From assembly GCA_030264375.1 (NCBI GenBank), contig JASCQW010000098.1, forward strand, positions 13,159,653 through 13,223,652: a DNA stretch of 64,000 nt, given 5' to 3'. The notes under the pieces are model-generated. The model was not told where the DNA came from. It searched no databases and was given only the letters and a program-made list of their open reading frames with translations. Both the position numbers and the translations under genes were made by a program. The DNA comes from Carcharhinus longimanus (Eukaryota). This document shows positions 11,233 through 23,917 of the stretch, in pieces (within the stretch, counting starts at the first letter, position 1; each line of letters starts with the position of its first letter).

Positions 11233-13112
11233 CTGTAGATTATTTGGAAAACATTAAAACCCTTGGAGTAATAATTTGAGTACCAGTAGCATATAAATAT
11301 TTATTCCTCTGAAAAAAATGCAAATTATATTGACTAGTGCAAATCTAAATATTCACCTAATTTATGAATTCCCAAGCTTTTATAATTACTGGATATTAAA
11401 ACTTTCTAGTTGGGTTACAATTGAAAAGAAACTTGGCTCCTCCAAGAAAGATCGGAGGAGTTTAGCCAGCTAGCAGCTTAGTCACACAGCCTAAAACGGC
11501 TGCAAATGAAATGTTTACTCTGTCCTGAAGCCATAATTCAGTGTCCTTGTATTTTGAGAGTGAGCATGGGATGGGAAAAGAGGATGGCGGGGATCAGGAA
11601 GTGAAAGAGGAAAGGAAGGAAGGAAATATAGTCAACTCCTTATTACAACACAGTGAAAATGATTGGTCATGTTTGCATATGCATAGAGGTCAGGCAAAAA
11701 GCTAAGGCAGAATATTCCAGTGATGTCCACCATTAGCAAAATGAGCATCTCAACACGCACTGAAGTTTAGTGATAAACAATAATCATGTAGGAAGGGTTG
11801 CAAAGAATGAACCATATCCCAGGAGATGCAATGTGTTTGAGGGAAGGTGTGGGAAAGCAAAAAAAGGGAAAGAATTTTTAAAAGTTGCAAATAGCTCTGT
11901 TTGAACATTACTTGAAATTCAAGTACTAATGTTCCCAAATGGATAATTACTTCAGCTGCAACAAATTAGTTACTGCAATTGTCTGTGTCTTGGGAATATG
12001 TTAAGACAAACAGATCAATAGGTGACCTTTCTGCTATGGATCTCTCATGAATCTATGAATCAACACCTTTGAAACACAAAGGCACAATCATGACATCTTG
12101 TTCAGCAACACCGAACTAAATGTAATGCATTTGAACTTCAGCACCCAATTAACTAAATCTAAATATGGTAGAAATTAATTATTGCTCCTTAGTTGACCTA
12201 ATAGGACTTTGCACTTTGCTGGTATATCAGCAGAGCCTGAACTACTTGATTCATATAATGTAGAAGATTGATCGCCACAAACTTATGAATGCCTTTACCC
12301 AGAGTTAAAACTTTAAAAAAATGACCACGTGGAATATCTAGTCAGACAAGTTATGCTCAGTCGAATTTTATGCCAACTTTCTACTCAGAATTACCAATAA
12401 ACCCCTCAATTTGTAACTGATAACAAGAACTTGGTTCCTTAGGAGGTACACAACTCTTGTAAAACTATTGTGAATTATGCAAGAATTATACTGCTTTTAA
12501 ACAAGTTTTCATCAAGATGACAGTACTGCAGACTTTGTGTTATCAACAACTTCAGAGTTGAAATAACTTAATTGCGATCTGATTTTTTTTAAAAATAGGT
12601 GAATCATTTTACCGATTCTTTAGAAATAAAGTACACTTAAACACCTGGCAACAGACATTTTAAAAAAGGAGTCCACAAAAACACTGGGGTGAACTTATGG
12701 ATATACTCAAAATCCTTAAAAAAAACTAACTTCTGAGAACCTGCTTGCCATACAAGGAACAACAAGGGGCCGTGAGATGAAACTCAAAATGGAAGACAGA
12801 GATAAATTCAAAGTAATGTCTTGTAATGAGTTGGTGAATCTTCTGAATGGACTGCCCAGGAAAGTGATTAGAAATTTTTAAGTGGGTCGGTCAGTCATCT
12901 GGCAAGAAGCATAACTGAAAAAACCATAATGAACTATGTGTTTGAACAGGGAGATGGACCAAAATGGTCATGTCCAACAATGTACATTCCCATTTCAAAA
13001 GAGACTGCACTTAAAGTAATTAATTGGATATGGAGCATTTGCAGATTTCCAGAGCACAGGAAAAACACTTAGTTTTTTTTGCTTCATTCAAATAATTGTG
13101 TATTATGCATAC

Positions 13113-13232
13113 CTGAGTGATGGAATCCACAGCTAACCTGGATTGCTTGAAGCTCATAGTCAAGACAGAGAGCACCTGGAGGATATGTTGCAATCTTGCT
13201 GGTGTCTTTATCCCCCCTTTCTCCATTAGCAT
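13113..13232 (-). CDS. MYCBP2: MYCBP2 exon 19 (120 bp), DANGERGDKDTSKIATYPPGAL...IQVSCGFHHS
   Basis: Manual translation; tttcag acceptor, CAG|GTATGC donor. Confidence 0.96.
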
Positions 13233-14339
13233 CTGAAAATAAATGTCCAATCACACACAGTAATCCACATATCTACACAGAGCAAACGGTTATAACAGTT
13301 GAGTCCGATATTTATGGGAGACTCAACTATAACACACAGCAACTTAGGTTTCATCATAAAGCCAAAACACACTTATTGCAAATATAATGCAAATTTTAAA
13401 AACATAGTCTTTGTTCTTCTATTCAACTTATATTGTGGCTGTGCATTATTTAGAGTTGCTATTACTCTTCCTTGATTTGGTAACTTCTATCATTAAAGAG
13501 ATAGTAAAGAAAACACACCAAAAATGTTAATTTGTCAAAGGTTTCTGTAATGTAATTACGTCAAGAACTGCAGCTACTTGGATCATGATAAATTATTTGA
13601 CGTGCAAAGTGAAAGGAACCAATTTCTGTACCATGTCCATTGATCTCAAAAAGTTCACCTAAATAACCTTTGTTAGAAGAAAGGGCAGCAGATATGTGAA
13701 AGCCTTCAGATAAAAATGTTCCCCTGGAGGAATCTATAAATAAGAACTAAATAAAAATCATTGGTTTGGCTGTCCTCGCTCTCTGAAAGTTCAACCTCCA
13801 CACGCAAATGCGGCAATATACCAAAGCAATAGCCCTCTGAGTAGGTCTCACCTTGCCGGTTCCTTGATCACCATTTGTTTTGGTCAGTTAAGTGTGTGAT
13901 GCATACAGAACCCAGCAGTTTAGGAATCTGGAAATCAAACTACCAAAAAAATCCAAACTTTGGAAGGGTTTTCTCTCACTTCCTTGCTGCCAAAATACAT
14001 TGCACTTATTCAAGTTTGGGAAGCTCAGGTTCAGGTTGGCAAAGCCAACGTTTAAAACTGCATTAAAGGTTAAAACACAAACAGGTCTATGCTCTACATG
14101 AAACTCTCTCTCTTACCTGACTATCATATCCTTCAATTTATTTTTCCTCTTTTGTACTTGCAGCTTCCACAAGTGGACTTATGCTAATTGCCTCAACAAA
14201 TCCACACACCAGCAAGTTATAAATTCTAACCACTCTCGGGATAAAGAAGCTTCTTCTGAATTTCTTATTGAGTTTTTAAGTGACTGTATTAAATGACCCT
14301 AGTTTTGGATTTCTCAAGTGGAAACATCTCTTACATAAG

Positions 14340-14890
14340 TGACATTTGTGTCACACAAGGGCAAGGCGATGACCATCTCCAACAAGAGAATCTAACCATC
14401 ATCTCCCGGCATTCAATGGCATTATCATCACTGAATCCCCCATTATCAACATCTTGGAGGGGGGGTTACATAACTGCCACGGTAGTTACACGACTGTCAG
14501 TTTCTGGTCAAAGAAGCTGGGAATTCTGCAGTCAGTAAGTCACCTCTTGACTACTTAAAGCCTGCCCAACATCTATAGAATACAAGTCAGAAGTCTGATG
14601 GGAATATTCTCCACTTGCCTGAAGCACAACTCCAACAACAGTTAAGACGCTCGACACCATCCAGGTCAAAGCAATCAGCCAGACTGACACCCTATCCACC
14701 ATTTTCAATGTTCATTCCCTGCATCACTGACCCAAGTGGCAGCAGTGTGTACCATTTACAAGATGCACTGTAGGAGCTCCAAGGCTACTTCCACAGCACT
14801 TTCCCAATCTGTGACCTCTACCACCTACAAGGGTGTGCAAAGCAGATACAAGGACAGACACCTTCCCAGATGCATACCATCCTGGGTTTT
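14340..14890 (+). mobile_element. CR1/L2-group LINE C-terminal fragment
   Basis: caagtcagaagtctgatgggaatattctccacttgcct...ctcgacaccatccagg (QVRSxMEYSPLA...LDTIQ-like). Confidence 0.7.
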
Positions 14891-14967
14891 GGTAAAAACT
14901 TGCTCATAAGTAAGATTTCTTATTGACAATTTTCTGCCTCATCTAAAGGGAAGACTATACAATGGGC

Positions 14968-15104
14968 ATAAAAGCGAAATATACTGCAGATGCTTGAAGC
15001 TGAAACAAAAACAGAAAATGCTGGAAAATCTCAGCAGGTCTGTTAGCATCTGTGGGGAGAAAACAGGGCCAACATTTCAAGTCTAGATGATCCTTCGTCA
15101 GAGA
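14968..15104 (-). mobile_element. Short Penelope-type terminal remnant with decayed hammerhead motif
   Basis: Minus strand CTGACGA-aggatc-atcta-gactt-GAAATGTT; same shared block as 9203-9302. Confidence 0.65.
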
Positions 15105-17249
15105 ATAAGAATTAAAGTCCACATTGGTCAAAACCAGATGGACTGCAGACTTAAGTATAAATAAAATGAGAAACCTGAAGAACTCCAAAATATCTTCACT
15201 ACAAGTGTCCCAGAACTGTGGCATGGCCCAAACTCATTTTGAATGAAGAAACTATGAAGAACCACTGACTTGTTCTGGTGTGGGAGGTAAGTGACTGGTG
15301 TGTTTCTGGTGAAAGTAGCAAAGATGAAAGACAGGTTCAGCTCAAAAAGGGGATGAGGGGAAGCACGTGAGAGGAAGTACCACAAAGTGTTCACAAGTCT
15401 TTTTGAAGTGATCCCAGTACCTTTTATTTGTGGATACTAACTCATGTTACGCAAGGTGGGCCAAAAGCTTTAGTTCTAATATTCAACATATGAGTTGTAA
15501 AGTGCAGTCAGATTTATTTTCCATTATAAAAGCAAAGAGTATTTTCTTCAGAAGAACAAGCGCAGGCCAAATAAAATTGAGGGAGTTTAGAATTTTAACT
15601 TCAGATGCTACAAATAAGGCAAGTCAAAAACATCTGTGTTATATGGCTGTATGATTACTACCAATTGCCAGAATCCTGTTCACTCAATCTCAATAGTTTA
15701 GAAATGAACTTTAAAAAAGCATCAGGATCTGAAAATAAAGCGTTGCCACTAGGATTTCAGTGAAGTCAAAACTCTGTATAAAACATTCATATAATGGTAC
15801 TTTGAACTGTAGAAAGTCACCCAACAATGCAAATATATTTCCACATTTCTGGAGAAGTACATATTAATACAAAGTGAGAGTGGTCACCTGTCACTCTAGT
15901 GGGAACAACTTGTGGCGATGATTTATTTGAAAGCATCATGCATATTAAAGCCTAAATGCAATTAAAGCTGAAGTACAATCAAAAGGTATGTTAATGCCAA
16001 CATGAAAGAAGCCTGGTGACAACGCTACAGTTAACAAGTGCATTCAATCCTAAAGAATTTTTAGTCCAGGGGAAAAAAGGGTTGCTGAACCAGAACTCAA
16101 TGCAGTGTTATGTCCAAGTTGGTCAAATCAACGAGTAATTAAATTAATGTTCAGTCACTACTTTTTCACCAAATACAGATTAATTCCTGAGATTGGTTTC
16201 TAAATGCAGATATATTTTAATCAGACTGACAACTTGCAATTTTTGTCAGCAGAGTTCAGGTTCAAGAAGAAATTTCACACATTTAACTCTTTCCAGTCAA
16301 AGCAAAAAAAGTACTAATTTCAAATCTTATCAGTAATTTGACCTTCTTTTTGCACAACTCTGCAGAGATTAAATGCAAGAAATGCTTATACCACACGAAA
16401 GGAAGCAATTTATAGGAATATTTTCACAAAATTACTACTTTTGTCACAGGTGCTTTCCTGTTTGGAGCATAAGCCTAAGCAAATGGCTCAGTAATTCAAT
16501 GATTTTAATTGCTTTTCAATAGCCCAGGAAACCACCGAATTTAAGTTTATGTCTCAAAAGAGAATCAGCAGAGAGGCAAAATAGATGATTAATTTAGCTT
16601 ATAAGAGAGTCTGAACCTACAAGTCACTACTTGTGGACCATAAGTTGCATTAAATTGCTCATCTCACCATTACCCAATAGATGGAGCATACAGAGAAAGC
16701 CAGAAAGATGCTGACTGCAATACAAGCAACTACTTTTAATCAAGACACGTCTGACTGGAAAGGATTAATTGCAATTGTCAAGACAAAACAGCTGGCAAGT
16801 TTTCTTTCAACTCGAGAAAGAATACAGAAAGCATAAATGCAATGCAACGTGTTACATAATGTACCGCAACCTGTAAGCAGAATAATAATTTAGCAAAAAA
16901 TAATTCTCCATTTCTTCAATGCAACAATCTCCATTCTTCAAAATGGAATTGCAAAATTCCAAACAAAACAATAAGGGAAAAGAAAAACCTGACCAACAGC
17001 AAAACGTGTTATTTCTTGTACAAACTAAAACAATTAAGCAACGTAATTACTCGCTGGTTTCCATTCAATCTGGTCAAACTTAAACAAGACTAGCTTTATT
17101 TTCTCCTTGGGTTACTCAACATTAAGACATGAAAAGTAAAATCTGTTCTGTACAGTTGTCCACATTAGACAGAGACTCAGATGACAGAAGAATATGAATG
17201 GCAGGATAGGTTGTAGTCCTCCAGCCAGTAAGGAAGGATGACCAAGTAC

Positions 17250-17357
17250 CTTTATGCTTGTCCCGTTTATGCTTTAGCTTTGATGGAAGGGGTCTTAGCC
17301 TGGCTATGGTCTGTTCTCGATGATTCAAATAAATGGGACCAGGAAATACAATGGGGC
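17250..17357 (-). CDS. MYCBP2: MYCBP2 exon 18 (108 bp), GPIVFPGPIYLNHREQTIARL...KHKRDKHK
   Basis: cctcag acceptor, AAG|GTACTT donor; ORF 17122..17421. Confidence 0.96.
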
Positions 17358-17651
17358 CTGAGGAGAAATAACTTGCACATGCATAGGAAAGCTCACAAAT
17401 GAAATAACTTGTCAAAAGCAAAAAATATTGTCTACAATATGAAAAGAAAATGGCATCAACTGTATTTGAGGCATTGAGTAAAGACTACATTGAAGGTAGC
17501 AATATAATAAAATAAAAGAATCAAAAAAAAAAGACGATGAATGGTACACGACAAATTATAAACATGATAATTTCCAAAGAAATTCCGGTGTGCATATAAT
17601 GATTAGGCAAAACAAAACCTGAATAAATTCACAATTTTAAATTCTGCGCAA

Positions 17652-18125
17652 TAAAAACAGGAAATGCTGGAAAAACTCAGCAGCTCTGGCAGCATCTGTG
17701 GAGAGAGAAACAGAGTTAACGTTTTGAGTCCGTCTGACTTCTTCAGAGCTAAACAGAGGGAGAAATGTGCTGGATCTTGCACACTTTAGGAGGGGGTGGG
17801 GCACGTGGAGCTAAATAGAAGGTCAGGGATAGATGGCAGCTAAGGCAGAATTTGACAAAGACATCATGGAACACAAAACAAAGGGAGCGTTAATGATATT
17901 GTTACAACTAAAGGTGGTGTTAAAAATGGCATTAAGTCAGGAGAGCAGAATGTGTTAATAGCAGAACAGGTTAGCACTCTGTGAAAGCAAAAGTTAATAA
18001 ATGACAGATGACACTGCTGCTGGAAGAGGAATTGGATTAAAAAAGGGTCAAAATGGAGAGTTCAAGGTCTGAAGCTCAATATTAAATCCAGAAGGCTATA
18101 AAGTGCCTAATCAGAAGATGTGGCA
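17652..18125 (-). mobile_element. Penelope-type remnant (terminal block plus ~370 bp body) with decayed hammerhead motif
   Basis: Minus strand CTGAAGA-agtc-agacg-gact-cAAAACGTT-aac; same shared block; body extent approximate. Confidence 0.6.
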
Positions 18126-19330
18126 CCTGGGTTCAATTTATTTATTTCCTATATTATTATTTGATGAAATGCATACAAAAAAATGCGAATGTAAAAACAT
18201 ATTCTTTTTTTATTGAGAAATATGTAGTTTGGCACATTTTGCTTAGCAAAATAACATATTTTGATAAAAATCTGTATTCAGATCATCATGTTGCTGTTTT
18301 GAAGCAACGCTCAAACAAAATCAATTTAACCATTGCTCTCACGAACAGTGATGACGACCTCCCTGGTAGTAGGAAGTTACGAGAATGTATAAATGATGTA
18401 GGCAACCCATTTGTAACACGGTTAGATGAAAGCAGATCATGATCTTCTTTGTGAATGATAATTCTAATGAATTCATTACTTGTGTGCCAGAAGAAGCTTC
18501 TATGTTTTGTTAGAAATAAATTAAATAGTATTTAAGTCATTCCTTCACCCAGAGGTAGCTTTCAGCAAAACAAATATCCATCTGAAGTGGTAACGACAGC
18601 ACTGGAAAATATATTTCCAACACTTCTTCATACATGACAGAAGCAATGCAATACAACACTACAAGACTAGGAGTTAATCTTTGATTTAGGACAGTTAACT
18701 TATCTAACAATTTTCACTCCATTTTGACTGACACTTAGAGGAAAAAAAACACAAGGGGAAAATGAATTCTATTACTTTAAAAAGAAACAATGCAACTGAT
18801 GATGCAATGCTGAAAGAGTGTTATATTGTCTATGGTGCTATTCTTTAGATGAGATGCTGAACTGAGGCTTTATCTGCCTACTCCAAGTGGACATTAAAAG
18901 GTTCAGTCATGCTGTTTAAAAAGTGGAAAATACTCTGGCCTTATAAATATTCATAATCATAAACCTATAACCAAAGTTAAATTAGTTACTAATTTTTAGG
19001 CCAGTTAAAATGTGCTATTTTTAGAACTATAATGCATTTTCCATAAGAATTTATGGAGGAATATAGGATTCAAGTAATTAAGCTGATTATGTTACAAATG
19101 TTTAATCAGATCAAGGTGAACTGAATATTGTACCACAGTGCGAGTAGTTTTTAAAAAAATCATTCAGCATGACACTTCAAATTTAGATTTCGATATTCTG
19201 TGTGATTAATGGAAATCAATAGTCATCCAGAATATTTAATTTGTGCAAAGATTTTTTTGAAACTTTGGTTTGAGAAACATCACTTTAGAAGGATGTCAAT
19301 CTATCACTTAAGCCTTTGCAAAAAACATAC

Positions 19331-19432
19331 CTCTCACTTCTTCCAGCCTGTGCCTTCTGCTCAGCCGCTGCCTTTTCTCTTCTTGTCGTAATTGAATATG
19401 TTCTTCTATATTAACTCCTGGCGGGACAGGTC
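19331..19432 (-). CDS. MYCBP2: MYCBP2 exon 17 (102 bp, or 105 bp from 19435), GPVPPGVNIEEHIQLRQEEKRQRLSRRHRLEEVR
   Basis: Manual translation; tandem cag|cag acceptor, GAG|GTATGT donor. Confidence 0.93.
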
Positions 19433-20343
19433 CTGCTGATGAAATCACATTTAAATAAAAAATTGTGGGTACTGGAATCACGTTCATTTCTCCATTCTTC
19501 CTAATTTAATTTCATCCTGCAGCAATAAGGTACATACACCCCAAACTCTTATTTATGAGAGGGTATTTTAAGAGCTAAAATTGTATTAGGCACCATTTAA
19601 TTTATTTCGTGCAGAGCACTGGGGATTTTTTCTGAAAGCTTTCTATCTTTTAAAGCTAAGTAATATCTTCCATCCTGCAACAAACAGTTTAATGCAATGT
19701 ATTCTGTGCTGCTGTGCAGAGCTGCTGATAATTAAATATTGTAAACACTGTTTACTGTGCAATACTTTATAAAACAAAATATATGTTCAAATGTTAGGAC
19801 TGAATGCCAAGAATAGGTGAACAGTCATCATGTAAAGATGAATTGAAAATGCAGTTACTGACCAACTCTTGCAAATAAGAATGTTACACCAAAAATTAAA
19901 GCAAAAACTAAAACTAAGTCCATATGTAGTTAACAAGAAAAATTATAAGGAGGATACCCGGGAAAGGAAAGGAAAGGGATGCGAGTACAATAGAGGTAGC
20001 AATTGCTATATGTTTAGTATGCCAAAGTGCCTTCATCTCACAATTTTTAGGATTCCGAGTTATATTTCACTGCATTACTTAATATTATATCCTTCAACAC
20101 AATGTGAAGAGATGTTTCAAATGGCAATTGCTTCAGATACACTGTAAAGATTTACACTACTGCCTATAAATCTTATTAAATTTGATTATCTGCAGGGCAA
20201 TCTCAAAGAAACTTACTTTCTTTCTGGTTGAAATTTTAAACAGATGACAAGGATTCTACGAAAACACACTGCTGGATCTTGTTTAGACATCATGTGAAAC
20301 TAAGCTTCAGGGAAATTGAGTTGTGCTTTTAAAAGACACTCAC

Positions 20344-20489
20344 CTAAAAGAAGATCTAGAGGGATCATCTCTTTAACAGCATCAAGAATTCCTCGCTGTC
20401 TCGCTTCTTGTCCATCCAGTTCTCGGGCACAGGCCTTACAGCAGCCACACAAAGCGCAACCAGACTCACCAGACCCACATCCACAGAGC
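20344..20489 (-). CDS. MYCBP2: MYCBP2 exon 16 (146 bp), GLCGCGSGESGCALCGCCKACARE...PLDLLL
   Basis: ttttag acceptor, TAG|GTGAGT donor; ORF 20300..20527. Confidence 0.97.
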
Positions 20490-22714
20490 CTAAAATAGAT
20501 CATGATAAAAACATTTAATTGAAACAAAGACTTTCTTAGACATGTCCTTGGTGTTTATTAAAATCCACAAATGCAGTTACCTTTAAACTTGTTTTTTCCC
20601 CCTATACAAATTACAACAGACGCATCACCTACAAGTTATAGATGATTTCTAACCAACTGAAGATGAATCAGCAAAACAATAATGCAGCAGTCAGTAACAC
20701 AGCAAAACCTGCAGCAGTGTAATATGAGCTAACAAGTAACATTAGACAAAAATGCTGTAATGGTTGATGCGATTGACTTGGACTTTCCCAAAATTGGAAC
20801 TTGATTATATATTTAGTTTGGTTGCCTGAAAGGATTAAAAACAAAAATGAAGCAGATCTACAATAAACTGAGAAACTGTATATAAATTGAGATGCACGCA
20901 AGATATAATAGACATTGCTGCCAGAACAAGAGTTGAAATTAGAGCAATGATCTAGCTAGTACTGTCAGAGGTTCACTTCTAATCAGAGTGGCCAAGTCAG
21001 AAGAACTAACCACCTACGAACATTGGCCATTGCCACTTTGATCATATGATTTTGCTCCACCTTGTGTTGAGTACAATACCTTGTTCTAAAGCATGCTTTG
21101 ATCTTTGAATAGAATAGCAAAGGCTTGAGGCATTGAGGGAAGATGTTACAAAGACATAATGGTGGACCTTACACTTGCTATAAGCACTCATCATAAAGCT
21201 CTGAGCCTAGACAAGCTGTTGGGCAGACAGGAATGGAAATTTTGCTTGATTATATCCACAATCTTTGGAAGGAAGCAGAAACTAGTGCGGGACAGACTAA
21301 ATACTAAAAGTGATGTGCACAATACACTGAATTTTGGCATCTTAATAAACTATTAGTGCACTTAATTTTGAGCTTTTGGGATTATGGAATGTGTCAGTGA
21401 TCAGGTTCAGTCACAGGCATCTCAAGAGTCGCATTGATTCATTAATGAGAAATGGTAGCTGCTGCCATCGACCCTAGGATATGCACTCCCACATACAAGC
21501 ACATACCAAGTGCTAGAAATGGAATTAGAATAGATAGATGCTTGACGGCCAGGCTAGACATAATGGGCCGAATGGCCTCTTTTATGCTGCAAGGATCTGC
21601 AACTCTGACTCAAGTCAAAGGAAAAATTTCACTGCCAATGGTATACTTCAAGTGTGCCAATGATAATGGCATTACTGACTTCTTCAGACATCAATAATGT
21701 GCAAAGTAGCTTTTAAACTTAGTTTGTGCCTAATGAAGTCTTTTGGGGTAGCCTCCATTTAATTCAAGAGCTCTTTAAGGAAAGTTAATTCCAGAGTTTA
21801 ATCTGGTTGCCCATAAGAGAACTGAACTTCTTAAGTCATGCATATCTGCTCAGCTAAGGATAATTATGTATTTGACTTGTTCGCCAGATTACAAGCCTTT
21901 CTAACACACAAATTGTAGGTTTGTATTCCGCTTCGGCTGGTGGCAACTACCACAGCAGCTTGTACTATTGTAGTATTGACCTGACAAGTTTCTTCACACA
22001 AAGAGTTAGGTACAAAGAAAGCCTTTCTTGGATGGTCCTTTGAGAATGGCTTCTTTTGGCATCTGAAGGAATAGATACAATAATTTGAACAAAGCACTTT
22101 TTGCATAAACGGCCAGTTATTCTGACACAGGCCATGTCAGTGGCTATAAAAACTCAACATACCTGTCTGAAGGGAAGCTGCATTTATTAATTTTAATCAA
22201 AATAACACTTTCTTGGGGAAACATGGCAAGGAAGCCATTGTGAGCTGAGAGATAAAGGACTGAATAAAACAGAATAAGAGAAAAAAAAAATCATTGAACG
22301 AAAAGGCAGAGAAGAAAGATGTTACTTTTAAAGTAAAAGAATTTGCATGTGTTTTGCTTTCCTTTGTTCCTTACTCCCACTTGCAAAATATATGAGTCAC
22401 ACCTGACTCGCCATTTGAATAAGGAAGATTTACAACGATACCCTGAAGCACAAAGATGAAAAACCTCACGTTTCCGTTAATAACAATGTCAAATGGTTCA
22501 TTATTTAATTGTTTAAAGCAAGGTTAGTCCATAACTAAATTAAAATAAACAAGACTTCCACAAGATCAATAAAGGTGCTGCAAGATTTGTTGATAGCAGT
22601 TGATTAAAAATTGATATGACAGTTTTGAAACGCAGTTTCTGCCAGGCACAAAAAAAGAGATAATTTCACTTTAAACATGGGCATAATTAAGCTGACTCCT
22701 CTACGGATCACAGT

Positions 22715-22830
22715 GAGGACAGATCATTGGCTCAAAACATCAAGTTACCTTTCTTCACAGATGCTGCCTATTCAGTTGTGTTAAAAACATTTTCTATTGT
22801 TACTTCAGATTTCCAGTATTTTGCTTTTGT
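22715..22830 (+). mobile_element. Highly decayed copy of the same Penelope-type terminal block
   Basis: cacagatgctgcc...cattttct...ttcagatttccag...ttttgctttt is the reverse orientation of the shared block. Confidence 0.5.
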
Positions 22831-22945
22831 TACATATTATATTTATTAACTCTTAAGCACTTTGTTCAATTAAATCATTTTATTTTTGATATTTTAACAT
22901 AGCTACTGGTTCAATTCGCAACAAAGGACAGCACACTGAACTCAC

Positions 22946-23150
22946 CCTCCAGGAACTCTGTCTGGTCGCCCACTGCTGACACAACTGGCTCCATAACCGG
23001 TGCAGTCTCCACACACAGTGCAGACCATGCACTGGTCCAGTTTCCATTTGTGCATTCCAGGGGGACACATAATAGATTTCTCATCCTTTTCATCCAATTC
23101 CTCTTCCAAATCTTCATCCATTGCTGTTGCCATGTTTTCCACATTGAAAC
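22946..23150 (-). CDS. MYCBP2: MYCBP2 exon 15 (205 bp), GFNVENMATAMDEDLEEE...CMVCTVCGDCTGYGASC...RVPG
   Basis: gagtag acceptor, AGG|GTGAGT donor; ORF 22942..23142. Confidence 0.97.
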
Positions 23151-23673
23151 CTACTCAAAAAACAAACACAGGTTGCTTTGTTCAAAATCTGCCTTCCTAA
23201 GTTAGTTCTACCATTGATTTAATATCCACTTATTTTAATTAAAACTGGCCAAGAATAAGACTATTCATGGAATTAAATAAAATCAGCTGGATGTGAGGGA
23301 TATCCAAAGATGTAATCTTACCCCCTCCTGGATTATCATCTAGTGAGTTAGTCTTTATTAGGTTATGCAGCTTATATGTTGACCAGACATAAAAAGCAAT
23401 GCTCGCAAATGCAACAGCATTAGATGTTTGGAGGGCCTCAAAGTTCTCCCTTGCCAAATCATGACAGAGGTGAAAATTTGTTCTAACCATTCCAGCACAA
23501 CAGCCAATGGAAGAGGTTTTTTTTAAATATAAGTTTAACAAGTTTGGCTGAGCTCAAAGTGCTAACACTCATCAAAAAATTTAACAGTGAAGCATTACTT
23601 GGTTGTTTCATCCAGAATGGCCATGTAGATAGCTGATATGGAAAATCAAAATGGACTGGCTCAAATAGTCAGG

Positions 23674-23747
23674 AGCAGAGTGGCGCAGCGGAAATGGGGA
23701 AATGTCCATAACCCCCAAGGTTGATGGATCAAAACCATCCCCTGCTA
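23674..23747 (+). pseudogene. Degenerate initiator tRNA-Met (CAT) copy
   Basis: AGCAGAGTGGCGCAGCGGAA...CCATAACCC...GATGGATCAAAACCATCCCCTGCTA resembles recalled vertebrate tRNA-iMet. Acceptor and T stems largely intact; D stem and 5' strand of anticodon stem replaced; T8 run at 23755-23762. Confidence 0.85.
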
Positions 23748-23917
23748 AGTGCAATTTTTTTTCAGTTTAAGTCTGAGATAGACAAATGTTTATTCAGCAG
23801 GGCTTTCAAAGGATATGGGCTTAAGACAGGTACATGGAGTTAGGCCACAGGTCAGCCATCATGTTATTGAATGACAGAGTGGACTGAATGGGGGAGGGGG
23901 GGGGGGGAAAGTGGGAA

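Noticed and set aside
18330-18499. Possible extra exon in intron 17 (acatag acceptor, long open frame SFFWHTSNEF...)
   Set aside because: The open frame is phase 2 to phase 0, incompatible with the phase-1 flanking exons; the phase-1 reading hits TGA; no similarity to recalled MYCBP2.
20581-20628. 48-nt pseudo-exon upstream of exon 16 (ttgtag...AAG|GTAACT)
   Set aside because: Immediate TGA in frame, poor pyrimidine tract and no independent support.
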